Part shown: positions 14,840 through 30,483 of the stretch, piece by piece
Layout of the letters: each line of letters opens with the position of its first letter
How positions within the stretch are numbered: position 1 is the first letter of the stretch
Source of the DNA: Eledone cirrhosa
Lineage: Eukaryota
Direction: 5' to 3'
Length of the DNA stretch: 64,000 bases
Assembly (NCBI GenBank): GCA_964016885.1
Contig: OZ024749.1
Span: forward strand, 16,058,001 to 16,122,000
The notes under the pieces: generated by a model
The model's input: the letters and a program-made list of their open reading frames with translations, nothing else
Told to the model about the DNA's origin: nothing
Databases searched by the model: none
Translations under genes and position numbers: made by a program

Positions 14840-15690
14840 GGTAGGTAGTTAGGTGGGTGGGTAGGTGGGTAGGTGGGTATGTGGGTATGTGGGTAGGTGG
14901 GTAGGTAGGTAGGTGGGTAGGTGGGTAGTTAGGTGGGTGGGTAGGTGGGTATGTGGGTAGGTGGGTAGGCGGGTAGGTGGGTAGGTGGGTAGGTAGGTAA
15001 GTGGGTAGGTGGGTAGGTAGGTAGTTAGGTGGGTGGGTAGGTGGGTATGTGGGTAGGTGGGTAGGTAGGTATGTGGGTAGGTGGGTAGGTAGGTAGTTAG
15101 GTAGGTGGGTATGTGGGTATGTGGGTAGGTGGGTAGGTAGGTATGTGGGTAGGTGGGTAGGTGGGTAGGTAGGTATGTAGGTAGGTAGGTAGGTGGGTAT
15201 GCGGGTAGGTGGGTAGGTAGGTATGTGGGTAGGTGGGTATGTGGGTAGGTGGGTATGTAGGTAGGTGGGTATGTGGGTAGGTGGGTAGGTAGGTATGTGG
15301 GTAGGTGGGTAAGTAAGTAGGTATGTGGGTGGGTAGGTAGGTATGAGGGGAGTTAGGTAGGTATGTGGGTAGTTAGGTGGGTAGGTAGGTAGGTATGTGG
15401 GTGGGTAGGTGGGTAGGTAGGTATGTGGGTTGGTAAGTGGGTAGGTAGGTAGGTAGGTATGTGGGTGGTAGGTGGGTAGGTAGGTATGTGGGTAGTTAGG
15501 TGGGTAGGTAGGTAGGTATGTGGGTGGGTAAGTGGGTAGGTGGGTAGGTAGGTATGTGGGTAGTTAGGTGGGTAGGTAGGTATGTAGGTAGTTAGGTGGG
15601 TAGGTATGTAGGTAGTTAGGTGGGTAGGTAGTTAGGTGGGTAGGTAGGTAGGAGTGTAGTAGGTGGGTAGCTAGGTATCTGGGTGGGTAG
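14840..15690. repeat. Compound (GGTA/GGGT/TAGTT) microsatellite, G-rich
   Basis: Direct reading. Confidence 0.9.
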
Positions 15691-15741
15691 ATGTGATGAA
15701 ACAGGATGTGCAAGTAGATAAGTATAGTGGTATGGCGGTTG

Positions 15742-16311
15742 TGGGGGGTGACAATGATGTAGGTAGCGATGGTGGAGGTGGTGGTCGTCATGGTTTTGAC
15801 GGTGGGGGGTGACAATGATGTAGGTGGCGATGGTGGAGGTGGTGGTCGTCATGGTTTTGACGGTGGGGGGTGACAATGATGTAGGTAGCGATGGTGGAGG
15901 TGGTGGTCGTCATGGTTTTGACGGTGGGGGGTGACAATGATGTAGGTGGCGATGGTGGAGGTGGTGGTCGTCATGGTTTTGACGGTGGGGGGTGACAATG
16001 ATGTAGGTAGCGATGGTGGAGGTGGTGGTCGTCATGGTTTTGACGGTGGGGGGTGACAATGATGTAGGTGGCGATGGTGGAGGTGGTGGTCGTCATGGTT
16101 TTGACGGTGGGGGGTGACAATGATGTAGGTAGCGATGGTGGAGGTGGTGGTCGTCATGGTTTTGACGGTGGGGGGTGACAATGATGTAGGTAGCGATGGT
16201 GGAGGTGGTGGTCGGCATGGTTTTGACGGTGGGGGTGACAATGATGTAGGTGGCGATGGTGGAGGTGGTGGTCGTCATGGTTTTGACGGTGGGGGGTGAC
16301 AATGATGTAGG
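15742..16311. repeat. 61-bp tandem repeat, about 9 copies
   Basis: gacaatgatgtaggt(a/g)gcgatggtggaggtggtggtcgtcatggttttgacggtggggggt recurs at 15750, 15811 and onward. Confidence 0.95.
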
Positions 16312-16371
16312 CGGTGATAGTAATAATATTGGTGGTGGGGGAGGGGTTTGGTTGTGATGGCAGTGGTAATA

Positions 16372-16500
16372 ATAATTGTTTCTACTTTTGGCACAAGGCC
16401 AGCAATTACCCAGTGTATTACTGGTACTTTATTTTATCGACACCGTAAGGATGAAAGGCAAAGTTAACCTCGGCGGGATTTGAACTCAGACCGTAAAGGG
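16372..16500 (-). mobile_element. SINE copy (5'-truncated)
   Basis: Reverse complement of the 12712 family. Confidence 0.85.
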
Positions 16501-17089
16501 GCGTGGTAGTGGTACAGGTGGTGGTATAGGTGGTGGTATAGGTGGTGGCAGTGGTGATGGTGGTGGTGGTATAGGTGGTGGTAGTGGTGGTGGTGGTGAT
16601 GGTGGTGGTGGTATAGGTGGTGGTAGTGGTGGTGGTGGTGGTGATGGTGGTGGTGGTATAGGTGGTGGTATAGGTGGTGGTAGTGGTGGTGGTGGTGATG
16701 GTGGTGGTGGTATAGGTGGTGGTGCAGCTACTGCTGCTGATGATGATGATTCCTTCATTTGCCACAAGGGCAACACAGATAGAACATGTTTAAGTTGTTA
16801 GCGAGGACGACAAAACAGCGAGGAATGTTGTGTAAATGTGAAGTCAAAATATGCCAAATGTTTTGGCATATTTATAAAGTCGAGATGTAGTTGCTGCTGT
16901 TGCTGTTGTTGTTGTTGTTGTTGTCTGTGGTGGTGGTGGTGGTGGTGGTGGTGGTAGGGAATGGCTCAGGGGATATTGGTAATGGCTGCGGGACTGATGT
17001 TGGTGGTATATATATATATATATATACACACACACATATATATGCACACATGCATACGCTCACACACATACATACACACACACACGTAC

Positions 17090-17184
<95 letters not shown>

Positions 17185-17304
17185 ACAAGGTATACGCCAG
17201 TTTGTAAATATACTATATTGACAAACTAAGGGGCGGAGATATAGAAAGATAGATAGATAGATATTACTATGTATAGAACAATAAACGTTAAGACAAGTTT
17301 TAAT

Positions 17305-17351
<47 letters not shown>

Positions 17352-17699
17352 CAGGTATATTTAGAATGTAGTGTATATATATATATATATATAAAGGCAG
17401 GCATATTTAGAATGTAGTGTATATATATATATATAAAGGCAGGTATATTTAGAATGTAGTGTATATATATATAGTGAGAGAGAGTGAAAGAAAGAACGGA
17501 AGACTGACAGACACACAAACATCAAACAAATGCATTTTCGAATCCCCCCTCCAACCCCCCCCCCCCCCAACATCACCTCCCAGCCTCCACCATCTCCCCC
17601 CCCCACATCCAACATCTCCCAACCTCCACCATCTCCCCCACCTCCACCATCTCCTCCCTCCCCCAACATGTCAAGTTGTCATTTCTTGCTGCATCATAG

Positions 17700-18860
17700 T
17701 ACATCTTACATAATGTATACATCTCACACACACACACTTTACACACCACACACACACTTTACACACCATCTTACACACACATTACACACCATCTTACACA
17801 CACATTACACACCATCTTACACACACCTTACACACCATCTTACACACACTTTACACACATCTTACACACACATTACACACCATCTTACACACACATTACA
17901 CACCATCTTACACACACTTTACACACATCTTACACACACATTACACACCATCTTACACACACATTACACACCATCTTACACACATCTTACACACACCTTA
18001 CATAAGCTCTCACATAAAACATCAGCTAGTCACCTCCACTACACCGACACTTTCCACTCACCACCACCACCACCTCTCCACATACCCACACTCTCCACTC
18101 CACTCCACACCACCGCCACCTCCACTACACCGACGCCTTCCACCCTCACTACCACCACCACCTCTCCACATACCCACACTCTCCACTCCACTCCACACCA
18201 CCGCCACCTCCACTACACCGACACTTTCCACTCACCACCACCACCACCTCTTCACATACCCACACTCTCCACTCCACTCCACACCACCGCCACCTCCACT
18301 ACACCGACACTTTCCACTCACCACCACCACCACCTCTTCACATACCCACACTCTCCACTCCACTCCACACCACCGCCACCTCCACTACACCGACACTTTC
18401 CACTCACCACCACCACCACCTCTTCACATACCCACACTCTCCACTCCACTCCACACCACCGCCACCTCCACTACACCGACGCCTTCCACTCTCACTACCA
18501 CCGCCACCTCTCCACATACCCACACGTTCCACTCACACCCACCACCACCACCACCTCTCTACATACCCACACTCTCCACCTCCACTCCACACCACCGCCA
18601 CCTCCACTACACCCACTTTCCACTCACACCCACCACCACCACCTCTCTACATGTACACATATTCCACTACACTCCTTACCACCGCCACCTCCACTACACC
18701 GACGCCTTCCACCCTCTCCACCACCACCACCTCTCCACCACCGCCACCTCTCCACATATCCAGACCTTCCACTCCACTCCACACTTCCACTCACACTCAC
18801 CACCACCACCTCCCTACATACCCACACTTTCCACTCCACTCCACACGGCCGCCATTGACA
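17700..18860. repeat. CA-rich compound minisatellites
   Basis: ttacacaccatcttacacacac units, then ~81-bp cacctccactacaccgac... units. Confidence 0.85.
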
Positions 18861-19104
18861 TCCTCCACACACACATGCAACCACTGACACCTCGCTCGCC
18901 TGCCCCACCCTCACCCACCCAATCATCCATCGTCTCTCCCCACATCTCCACTCCTACCTACTACTACCTCATCAGCTGCCAACCTTTAAACATCTACCCT
19001 CGACACTATATTTGCGTAAATTGCCACCATAGACCCCATTTGTGATTATTGAAGCAACATTTCAAGTGAGGCGGTATATTATATATATATATATATATGT
19101 ATAT

Positions 19105-19194
<90 letters not shown>

Positions 19195-19376
19195 CAAAGG
19201 GATATTTAATTTGTTGGTAATTCAACAAATATATATATTTATAACCGATTCGAAGCACTCGACAGGTTTCTGGAGTATAATATCAATGATATTAATAATA
19301 CCAATGATATTAATAATATCATTGAACTGTTAAGATCTCCTTCCTGGATATGTCAATATTTATAAAACAAACTTTG

Positions 19377-19437
19377 TATTTTATCTGATGAGAATGTACC
19401 AAAGTTTTGGTACCCTTGAAATATATATAATAGAATA
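19377..19437 (+). ncRNA. Type I hammerhead ribozyme
   Basis: tattttat CTGATGA gaatgtaccaaagttttggtaccctt GAAA tatata TA atagaata. Confidence 0.8.
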
Positions 19438-19475
19438 AATATGGTTTTATGAATATAGTTTCCATTTATTAATAT

Positions 19476-20089
19476 CACTAGCTGAAAAACCACCCTTCGG
19501 GAGGTTTTCTGCTAGCATGATATTATACACAAGTATATATACATGTAGATATGATACATCAAATAAAATCGTAATTGACAATATACACAGAAATTGAACG
19601 AAGTCTGTGTTACACTGTCTTCTGTAATCAGTAACGTAATCCATGATACATTTTAAAAAAGACGATATTATATATAAAGTGCATTAGGCGAAAATTAGTG
19701 ACGGAAATATATGCGATATTTTTATAAGTGTTATAATATAACGGCCGCTAACCGGAAGTGTTGACATTTGAAAATGAATTTTAAATGTCTTTAAATAAGC
19801 TATAAAATATATTTAATCAACAGCCACGAAATTTAGCACATAAATTATGTAATATTCATTATTTATTCAAAGTACGGCCCTTTATGATCTGAGTTCAAAT
19901 CCCGCCGAGGTTAACTTTGGTTTCATCCTTACGGGGTCGATAAAATAAAGAACCAGTAATGTACTGGGTAATTGCTGGACTTGTGCCAAAAGTAGAAACA
20001 ATTATTTATTCAAAGTAATCCAACTTATTTTACAAAAGGTGTAAAAAAATATATTCTGGACGCACTCCTTTCTTTTTTATAGTCAAGAT

Positions 20090-20090
<1 letters not shown>
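19476..20090 (+). mobile_element. Non-autonomous Helentron/DINE-like repeat interrupted by a SINE; uninterrupted copy at ~31901-32388
   Basis: It starts cactagc.gaaaa...ttttctgctag (5' inverted repeat) and ends tttt.tagt..agat. The two copies are colinear. The class assignment is an inference from the termini. Confidence 0.55.
19875..20023 (+). mobile_element. SINE copy with target-site duplication
   Basis: ttatttattcaaagta lies on both sides (19859-19874 and 20022-20037) and is single-copy in the paralog at ~32291. Confidence 0.9.
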
Positions 20091-20167
<77 letters not shown>

Positions 20168-20170
<3 letters not shown>

Positions 20171-20563
20171 TAATATATTAATAACTCAGGAAAAGTAGAA
20201 GGGGTATTAATTTGTTGGAAGTCCGACAAATATAAATGTTTATAGCTGATTTAGAGCACTCAACAGTTTACTGGAGTAAATATTCAATGATATTAAATAA
20301 ATGGAAACTATATTTATAAAACTATATTTATTTGATTATATATATTTCAAGGGTACCAAGACACTTTAGTACGCTTTCATCAGATAAAATACAAAGTTTG
20401 TTTTATAAATAGATTTTCTGGGTACGTCTCTATTTATAAAACAAACTTTGTATTTTATCTGATGAACGCGTACCAAAGTGTATTGGTACCCTTGAAATAT
20501 ATATAACAAAATAAATATGGTTTTATAAATATAGTTTCTATTTTTATTTAATATCATTGAATA
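20168..20563. mobile_element. Hairpin-type insertion with hammerheads at 20329-20391 (-) and 20451-20513 (+)
   Basis: Arms centred near 20420, with a tail at 20168-20280. It belongs to the same family as 19377 and the 41086-45039 PLE end. Confidence 0.85.
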
Positions 20564-20590
20564 TATATATATATATATATATATTTATAT

Positions 20591-21016
20591 GTAGGAGGTG
20601 AGTTTTATTGAAGTACAATAAAGCAATGCAGATATCGGATAAGTAGCACTCTACAGTTTGTAGGACTGGAGTATAAATAATATATAAGATCAAAAGATGG
20701 TTAAAAGAGTTCCATGTATTTTATTATGCGCATTTCAAAAACAAATATCATCATGCAATAACATTTGCGTTTTCGTCAGATAAAATAGGGAGTCATGATA
20801 TGAAGGTTAAAACACACTTGTGAATAGTGCAGTTTTAAATCAAGATATGTTGATTTAAAACTGCACTATTCACAAGTGTGTTTTAACCTTCATATCATGT
20901 CTCCCTATTTCATCTGACGAAAACGCAAATGTTATTGCATGATGATATTTGTTTTTGAAATGCGCATAATAAAATACATGGAACTCTTTTAACCATCTTT
21001 TGATCTTATATATTAT
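20591..21016. mobile_element. Hairpin-type insertion with hammerheads at 20717-20787 (-) and 20906-20976 (+)
   Basis: Near-perfect ~170-bp arms centred near 20847. Motif: tatttcat CTGACGA aaac...gttttt GAAA tgcgca TA ataaaata. Confidence 0.88.
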
Positions 21017-21031
21017 ATATATTTATATATA

Positions 21032-21108
21032 CAGTGTGTCCCCCAAAAATGTATACACATATTTATTAGAATACTGTTGAAGTGTGTATACATTTATGGG
21101 ACACCTTG
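21032..21108. mobile_element. Tiny Tc1/mariner-type MITE
   Basis: TIR-like ends cagtgtgtcccccaaaaatgtatacaca and tgtgtatacatttatgggacaccttg, with TA on the left and CA/TA on the right. Confidence 0.6.
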
Positions 21109-21669
21109 CATATATATATATATACATGTGTGTGTATGTTTGTGTGTGTGTGTGTGTGTGTAAGATTATGTAAGTGTGATTGTGTGAGTGTGATTATAAT
21201 ATACACGTCTCTGTGATTCTGTGTGTATGTGTGTAATTGTAACTATGTGTGTGTATGTGTGTGTATGTGTGTGTATGTGTGACTATGTGTGTGTATGTGT
21301 AACTGTGACTATGTGTGTGTATGTGTGTGTATGTGTGACTATGTGTGTGTATGTGTAACTATGTATGTGTGACTATGTATGTGTGACTATGTGTGTATGT
21401 ATGTGTATGTGTGTGTATATGTGACTATGTAAGTGTGTGTGTATGTGTGACTATGTGTGTGTGTATGTGTGACTATGTGTGTGTATGTGTGTGTATGTGT
21501 GATATCTGGTGAGGCGCAGTGTCGCAGTTGTTATGTCAGCTGGGATTAGTTGTTTTTATAGTTGTTTTCCATTAATTTCTCGTTCAGTATGTCCCGGGTG
21601 GGGTGGGATGCGATACGGGTGGATGTTAGCAGGGAAAGGGGTGGTTGGGAGGATTGGTAGCTGCTGACA

Positions 21670-22555
21670 AGAGAGGGTGGGATACTGGTAGATATATTAG
21701 CAGAGAAGAGGGTGGGATACGGGTAGATATATTAGCAGAGAAGGAGGTGGGAGACAGGTAGATATATTAGCAGAGAATGGGTGGGATACGGGTAGATATA
21801 TTAGCAGGGAATGGGTGGGAGACGGGTAGATATATTAGCAGGGAATGGGTGGGATACGGGTAGATATATTAGCAGGGAATGGGGTGGGAGACGGGTAGAT
21901 ATATTAGCAGGGAATGGGTGGGATACGGGTAGATATATTAGCAGGGAATGGGTGGGATACGGGTAGATATATTAGCAGGGAATGGGGTGGGAGACGGGTA
22001 GATATATTAGCAGAGAATGGGTGGGAGACGGGTAGATATATTAGCAGAGAATGGGGTGGGATACGGGTAGATATATTAGCAGGGAATGGGTGAGATAGGG
22101 TAGATATATTAGCAGGGAATGGGGTGGGAGACGGGTAGATATATTAGCAGAGAATGGGGTGGGATACGGGTAGATATATTAGCAGAGAAGGGGGTGGGAT
22201 ACGGGTGTATATATTAGCAGAGAATGGGTGGGATACGGGTAAATATATTAGCAGAGAAGGGGGTGGGAGGACGAGTAGCTGCTTACAAGAAAGGGTGGTT
22301 TACGGGTGGATATTAGCAGAAAAGATGGGGTAGGAGGTTAGGTGGTTGCTTACAAGAGAGGGTGGGTTACGGGTAGATATTAGCGAAGAAGGGGTGAGAG
22401 GATGGGTAGCTATTTACAAGAGGTGGGGTACGGGTAGATATATTAGTAGAGAAGAGGGGGTAGCTACTTACAAGAGGTGGGGTACGGGTGAATATATTAG
22501 TAGAGAAGTGGGGGGGGTTTAGCTACTTACAAGAGGTGGGGTACGGGTGGATATA
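21670..22555. repeat. ~30-bp minisatellite gggtgggatacgggtagatatattagcag(a/g)gaat
   Basis: More than 20 tandem copies, degenerating at the 3' end. Confidence 0.95.
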
Positions 22556-22739
22556 TGTACACATATATATATGCATATCTACAGATTGGTGACGGTAGAA
22601 TATGCAAGCTGTTGCAATATGATCTGACACTTCTGCGACATCTTTTTTCATTTATTTTTGTATGTTTTTTTTTGTACTTTTTGTTTTGTTACTTTTGAAA
22701 ATATCAAGTTCTCTTCTTTGTCAAGAGTGTGTCACCTCC

Positions 22740-23830
22740 GAATACACCACCATCACCACCTCACCATCACCATCACCGCCTCCCCATCACCATCACCTCA
22801 CCATCACCACCACCACCACCTCACCATCACCACTATCACCTCACCATCATCACCACCACCACCTCACCATCACCCTCACCACCTCACCATCACCACTATC
22901 ACCTCACCATCATCACCACCTCACCATCACCATCACCACCTCACCATCACCATCACCTCACCATCACCACCACCACCATCACCACCACCACCTCACCATC
23001 ACCACTATCACCTCACCATCATCACCACCATCACCTCACCCTCGCCATCTCACCATCACCACCTCCACCACTTCACCATCACGAAACCTCAAGCCGCCAC
23101 CACCACCATCACCACCTCCGCAACAACCACCACATCCACCACCACCACCTTCACAACAACAGCAACAACAACAACGACGACGACGACACCTCCACCCCAC
23201 TCCACCACCAGTATATTTTATCGAACCCGAAAGAATGTGATATAAACCTGACCTTTGTGGAGTTCGAACTCATGACGAAGTGAACCGGATTAAATACCAC
23301 AAGACATTGTGTTCTACGCTCTAACGAGGGGGGGGGGGGTAGGTGGAAGGCAATATGGAAAAAACATGGGAGACAACTCCCGACATCGTATCCGACCTCT
23401 TCAGCGAAGTATAAATTCCAGCATGCTTCATCGTTGATGCAGTGGTGAGAGAAGCCGTAAGTACAGGTCTGATAGTTGGTAGTGAGTAATTAACATAGTA
23501 TTTTTAATTAATTTATTCTGCTAATTACTGCCAGATACCATCTGTAGACAAATATGTAAGATATAAGGATTATCTGGTCAGGTTTGAAACTAAATCTTCG
23601 TTTTTGCAGTTGAAAAGATTCTAAGTAAATGAAAAAAAAAACTGAATCGCAGTGGAAATATCATATACACACACATACACACAATTACACACACACGCGC
23701 GCGCGCGCATACACACATATACACACACACATACACACACATATACACACACACATATACACACACACACACATATATACAGACACATACAAACACATAC
23801 ACACACACATATACACACACATATATACAT

Positions 23831-23861
<31 letters not shown>

Positions 23862-24082
23862 TATACACACACATACACACACACACATACACACACATAT
23901 ATACAAACACATACACACACACACATATACACACATGCACACACACATACACACACACATGCACACACACATATACACACACACATGCACTCACACATAT
24001 ACACACATATATACATACATATATAGAGACACATACACACACACACACACATATATACATATATACAGACACATACACACCA

Positions 24083-24119
<37 letters not shown>

Positions 24120-24940
24120 CATACATATATACAGACACATAGACACACACACACATATACACAGATTCACATATATGCACACACAGATACACACATATAC
24201 ACGCACGTACGCACACACAGACACACATATATATGAGTATGTGTATGTGTATGTGTATGTCTGCATTATATATATATATATAATACACACATACACACAT
24301 GCATATATATATATATATACTCCAACACACCACACACCACCACCACACCACACCACACACACCACCACCACCACACCACCACACCACACGCACCACACGC
24401 CACACCACCACCACCACCACACCACCACCACACCACCAGACCACACCACCACCACACAAGCCACCACCACCACACCACACACCACACCACCACCACCACC
24501 ACACCACACCCCACACCCCACACCACACCACACACCACACCACCACCACCACACGACATCACCACCACCACCACATCACACCATACACCACAACACCACA
24601 ACTCCACCACCACCACACCACACCACACACCACCACACCACACCACCACCACCACCACACCTCACATCACACCACACACCACACCACACCACACACCACC
24701 ACACCACACACCACACCACCACCACACCACACACCACCACACCATACCACCACCACCACACCTCACATCACACCACACACCACACCACACCACACACCAC
24801 CACACCACACACCACACCACCACACACCACCACACCACACCACCACCACCATACCACACACCACACTACACACCACACCACCACCACCACACCACACCAC
24901 CACCACCACACCACCACCACCACCACCACACCACACACAT
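22740..24940. repeat. Low-complexity CAC/CAT and CA/TA tracts, with a diverged minus-strand SINE at ~23210-23327
   Basis: Direct reading. SINE motif ttttatcgaacccgaaagaatg...gagttcgaactca. Confidence 0.75.
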
Positions 24941-25408
24941 ACATACTATTATCGTATATCAGTTTTCTGACTTTGCACGTGTAGCCTGGTTTTCATGCTG
25001 CACAGATTTTATTTGTTTATCTACGAGAGTCTAACGAAGACATGCCTCTTCCAGACTTCCTCCTTCCACGTGCTATTTCCTTAATTAAACCACGTTATTT
25101 CTCTAATTAAAGCACGTCCATAATTAGTGTGATATGCATAATTTCGTTTAATTTATTTTTAAACATAATTCTCTTCCCAGTCCACCATTCTTCAACGTGC
25201 AAGTTTAGTCCGAAAAATATTACCCACCGGACAAACAGGACGTTACATAAAACTTTTCCTTTCAAAGTGTCTTGTGTATGGATCTTCGTCAGTTTCCACG
25301 GTGAGCCTTTCAATTGTTCATACAACAACAGAACAGCCTGCTCATGAAATTAACGTGCAAGTGACCGAGCATTCTATAGATATTGTTGTGCACGTCTAAC
25401 GTCTAGAG

Positions 25409-25698
25409 CAGTCTTGGACAAAATGCGGCCCGCGAAGCTTTCTGAATGGCTCGCCTAAGTCACCTAAGTGAAATCTTTCTGTTTTTTTTACCCCAACTTT
25501 TCAGTCGTAATTTATGATTCTATCATTTTTACGATGGAGGAAAACAATGCGTACGAATTCTGAAGAAACAAATCAAAACAACTTGAGTTCCCACCCTTTT
25601 TTTAATGTGGGCACGAATTTAAATTAGCGCTTGCGGCCCGCCTAATAATGAGCCATATCTCATGCGGCCCGCTCCTCGAAAAAGTTTGCCCATGCCTG
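25409..25698. mobile_element. hAT (Charlie-type) MITE inserted in a SINE-like repeat
   Basis: Termini cagtcttggacaaa and tttgcccatgcctg, internal gcggcccgc motifs, and an 8-bp TSD gtctagag/gtctagtg. Confidence 0.8.
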
Positions 25699-26991
25699 GT
25701 CTAGTGTCTGGTATAGTTCTCAGGGAGATTCGATGTGACACATTATGTGTCAGACAAGTCTGGTCGTTTGGATTAGAGGTACAATCCAAAAATCCATCTT
25801 GCAGTATAGTAAAAGTGGCTGAGCATTCCACATACATGTGCCTCCTTAACGTAGTTCTCAGGGAGATTCAGCGTGAGACAGAGTGTGATAAGGATAACCC
25901 TTTGGATAATAGGTGCAGTCCATCTTGTAGTACAGTGTAAGTGACAGCATTGTCAGCATCACAAACATCGGCACAAACATCGACAACAACACTTCTATTA
26001 TTATCAAAATAAAACAATACTACCACCACCACCACCACTACCACCACCACCACCGTCACTACCACAGCCACTACCACCACAGCCACCACTACCACAGCCA
26101 CCACCACCACTACAGCCACTACCACCACAACCACCACCACTACCACAGCCACCACCACCACTACCACCAACACCACAGCCACCACCACCACCACTACGAC
26201 CACTACCACAGCCACCGCCAACACTACCACATCCACTACCACCACAGCCGCCACCATCACCACCACCACCACCACCATAGCCACCACAGCTACTACTACC
26301 ATTTTATCAAAAGACCAACAATACTACCGCCACCAACACCCTTACTATTATCAACATAATAACAACACGACCACCAACAAACTCAACACCACCACCACCA
26401 CCACCATCAACAAAATCAACACAGCCACTACCACCATTATCAAAAGACCAACAATACTACCACCACCAACAACAAAATCAACACTACCACAGCTACTACC
26501 ACTAACACAGCCAACACCACCACCACGACAGGTACTATCACCATTATCAAAAGACCAACACTATCGCCACCAACAAAATCAACACTACCACTACTACCAC
26601 AGCCACCACCACCACAGCCACTACCACTACCACAGCCACCACCACAGCCACCACCACCACCTCAGCCACTACCACCACAGCCACTACCACCATTATCAAT
26701 AGACCAACAACAATCATAACAACAACAACAGCATTTATAAACCAATAAACACTACAACACACACAACGTAGATAAAATACAAAAGGGTTAAAGAAATCTA
26801 AATAAATGTTATATGGGTAGATAAATGAAGATGAAGAGAAATTTACGTTTCGGAATCAGAATCCTTCATCAAAACAGCTTTACCTCTTCTGTCTTTCAAT
26901 TTGTTGAGATGTTTTGTCGGTTAGTTTTCCATTCATGTCCTTTCTCGCGTTCTTGCAGTTTGCTAATGTCTTCTTTTCTCTCTCTCTTCTC

Positions 26992-27043
<52 letters not shown>

Positions 27044-27074
27044 TCTGTGTTCTGTTTCTGTCTTTCTCTCTCTT

Positions 27075-27129
<55 letters not shown>

Positions 27130-27321
27130 CTATCTATCTATCTAACTCTCTCCCTCTCTTTATACCTTCACTTTTCTTCCCCCCCCCCTTCTACTACCTC
27201 TCCTTCTACACTTCTTCTTCGACCTTTCATTTTCTTCTCATTATTTCCTTTATGTTTACAATTTACTTCCGGTAATTTTTATCGCCTTTTGTTCTGTTGT
27301 GTATATATGGGTGTCAGTTAC

Positions 27322-27396
<75 letters not shown>

Positions 27397-27795
27397 CGAA
27401 GTTATTACGCGTTACTTTGTACGATAATTGAATAATAATTAAAGTGGTACAGAGCAAATGATTTCTCTTCACGTGTCTATGTGTGTTTATACATGTGTGT
27501 TCAGGGGGTGTATTCATGTATATGTGTGTTTATGTGTGGCTGTTTATATGTGTGTGTTTCTGAGTGGGTGTATATATCTGTGCGCGTATTTGCTTAAGTA
27601 GATGCGTGTATCTGTGTGTGCGTGTGTGTGTCTTTGTTTACTACATTTGTGTGTCTGTCTTTATTTATGTAACTGATTCTGTCACACAACTTAAAGTACC
27701 CACAACAAGACATGTATATGTTTGTTATACATAAGCATATACTTGCTTTCATATACGCATCTATTATACAGATGTATTTACTAGTGTTAGTGTAC

Positions 27796-27841
<46 letters not shown>

Positions 27842-28095
27842 CCTTATTAGATAGATATATTACTTTTTATGCAAAAAGTAAACAGAAGTAACAAAGCAAA
27901 CGACACAGTGCAATGAAGAAATATGTTAGTTTAACGCTTGAAATAATAGGAAGAGTGTCTTAAAGTTTCCGACACTAGTCCTTCATCAAAAGATAGAGTG
28001 AGAAATAAAAGATGAAAGATAAAGAGTGAGGAAAGGAAGGAACCGAAAAATAAAATTGAGAAAAAACACAATATGTATAGTGAGAGAGAGAGAGA

Positions 28096-28212
<117 letters not shown>

Positions 28213-28305
28213 TGCACTGATTAGACTGGAGAGACAACAAATCAGGAGAGTGACTGGAAAGTTTGAGTGTGTGTGGGTATATATGTATACATATACATAT
28301 ATCAT

Positions 28306-28370
<65 letters not shown>

Positions 28371-28409
28371 CATATATACATACATATATACATACATATA
28401 TATACATAT

Positions 28410-28480
<71 letters not shown>

Positions 28481-28981
28481 CTTATATACATACATATATG
28501 GTGGCTGCCAACTCGTTTTCGAGTACGGCCATAACTTTATATCCATGTAGGAGAGCCCCTACTGATGCGCTGAACGAGTGTGACTTTTTAGTCCAGCCAG
28601 CGACTTGAAACCTCTGGTACAAACACTACACTTGTGACAATTACTGACACATAGTGCTGGGCCCATGGTACCATGTGACGGCAAGTGCAGAGAGATCTCC
28701 AGATATAAAGCAATGCCTGTGCCGTGAAGCTTTTATAGTGAGCAAAGGCACTGCACAAAGCCAGTCCCACTCTCTTAACCAAGATGATATTTACCAAAAA
28801 GAAGAACAATTCAACATCATTGGATACCATCAGGGTTGCAGGTGTTATATCAGAGTTTTCCTTCTCCTAGAATTCTGCCTTGACAAAGGCTAAGGGGTAA
28901 TCTCTCCTGGTGATTTTGGATGGCCATTGACTCTTAAGAGCTCCTTTGCCCTTTGATATATACATACATATATACATACAT

Positions 28982-29025
<44 letters not shown>

Positions 29026-29172
29026 GAACTTTATATAAATACAAACTTTAAAATTGCTGACAGAAGAGGCGACAATACAACATCAGCTTACTTCGAGTGA
29101 ACTCGGAGTATTTAGTGAAGTATGCACCAGGCTGCCATGTATTTTACATAATGTCAAATATTATCGTCAGAA

Positions 29173-29212
<40 letters not shown>

Positions 29213-29316
29213 CTGAACAAAAAGTTCAGTTATATACGGCTCGGAAAAATCTTTTTCCTAAAGCTAATTTATTGTAATGAGACTATTTTGAGTTTCTAAC
29301 TCAATACATGCTCTTG

Positions 29317-29418
<102 letters not shown>

Positions 29419-30136
29419 CTGTGTGTGAGAGAGAGTTAGCGAGAGAGATAGAGAGAGTCAGTAAAATCAAGATGGCGGTCGTAATGATAAAATATAAAAA
29501 GTGAAGCAATTATCTAGAAAGGTTCGGTGTAATGATGACCTTTCTGTATTTACTAGAATATGGAAGGTTTTCAGAGATTAACGTCGATAGCTGATATATG
29601 TGTGTGTGTGTGTGTGTGTGTAAAAGAGAGAGAATGTGTGTATGCGTATATGTGTGTATATATATATATATATGCGTATATGTATATATATATATATATA
29701 TGTGTGTGTGTTTGTATATATATATGGAACGGACAAAAGATACAAGGGGGATGATGCTTTTTGTATTTGGATGCATATGTGTGAGTGTGTGTATGTGTAT
29801 ATGTGTGTGTAAGAGTGTATATATGTGTGTACCACGAGGAGAAGGATAAGTAGGCTTTGAAGAAGAGATTTCATTTGAGTAAAGAAACGTAACATGTAAG
29901 ATGGATCGTTTTCAAGATGGATGCAGTTCCTTGTAGCAGCGCTCTGTATATATATGTATATATTTACATTTCTATATAGGTATGTATGTGTGTGTGTATA
30001 TATATCTATATGTATATATTTATGTATACATATATGTATATATATATATATGCGTATGTGTACAAATATATGTATGTATATATAGGTACATATACATATA
30101 TATATATATGTATGTATACACATATATATAGGTACG

Positions 30137-30199
<63 letters not shown>

Positions 30200-30412
30200 A
30201 TGTGTGTATGTGTGTATGTATGTATATATATATATATATATATAGGTACATATATATGTTTATATATACATGTATACATGTATATATATATATACATACA
30301 CACACACATGCCTTACATTCTAGAGGATTCAGATAGATTTAGTTTGCTCTGTTCACTAATCTTATCTCAATCTTTTACATTAGAATTGCGTAATATATAG
30401 TTCTTCAAACCA

Positions 30413-30483
<71 letters not shown>

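Noticed and set aside
15742-16311. CRISPR-like periodicity (also 21670-22555)
   Set aside because: These are head-to-tail repeats without unique spacers, there are no cas genes, and the context is eukaryotic.
17530-18858. 442-aa Pro/His/Thr-rich ORF
   Set aside because: It lies entirely in CA-rich minisatellites.
23343-23462. Possible host exon (ag...gtaagt)
   Set aside because: All three frames contain stops and there is no polypyrimidine tract.
25020-25330. Unique-looking segment as a possible minus-strand exon
   Set aside because: There are only short frames, no recognisable domain and no convincing splice sites.
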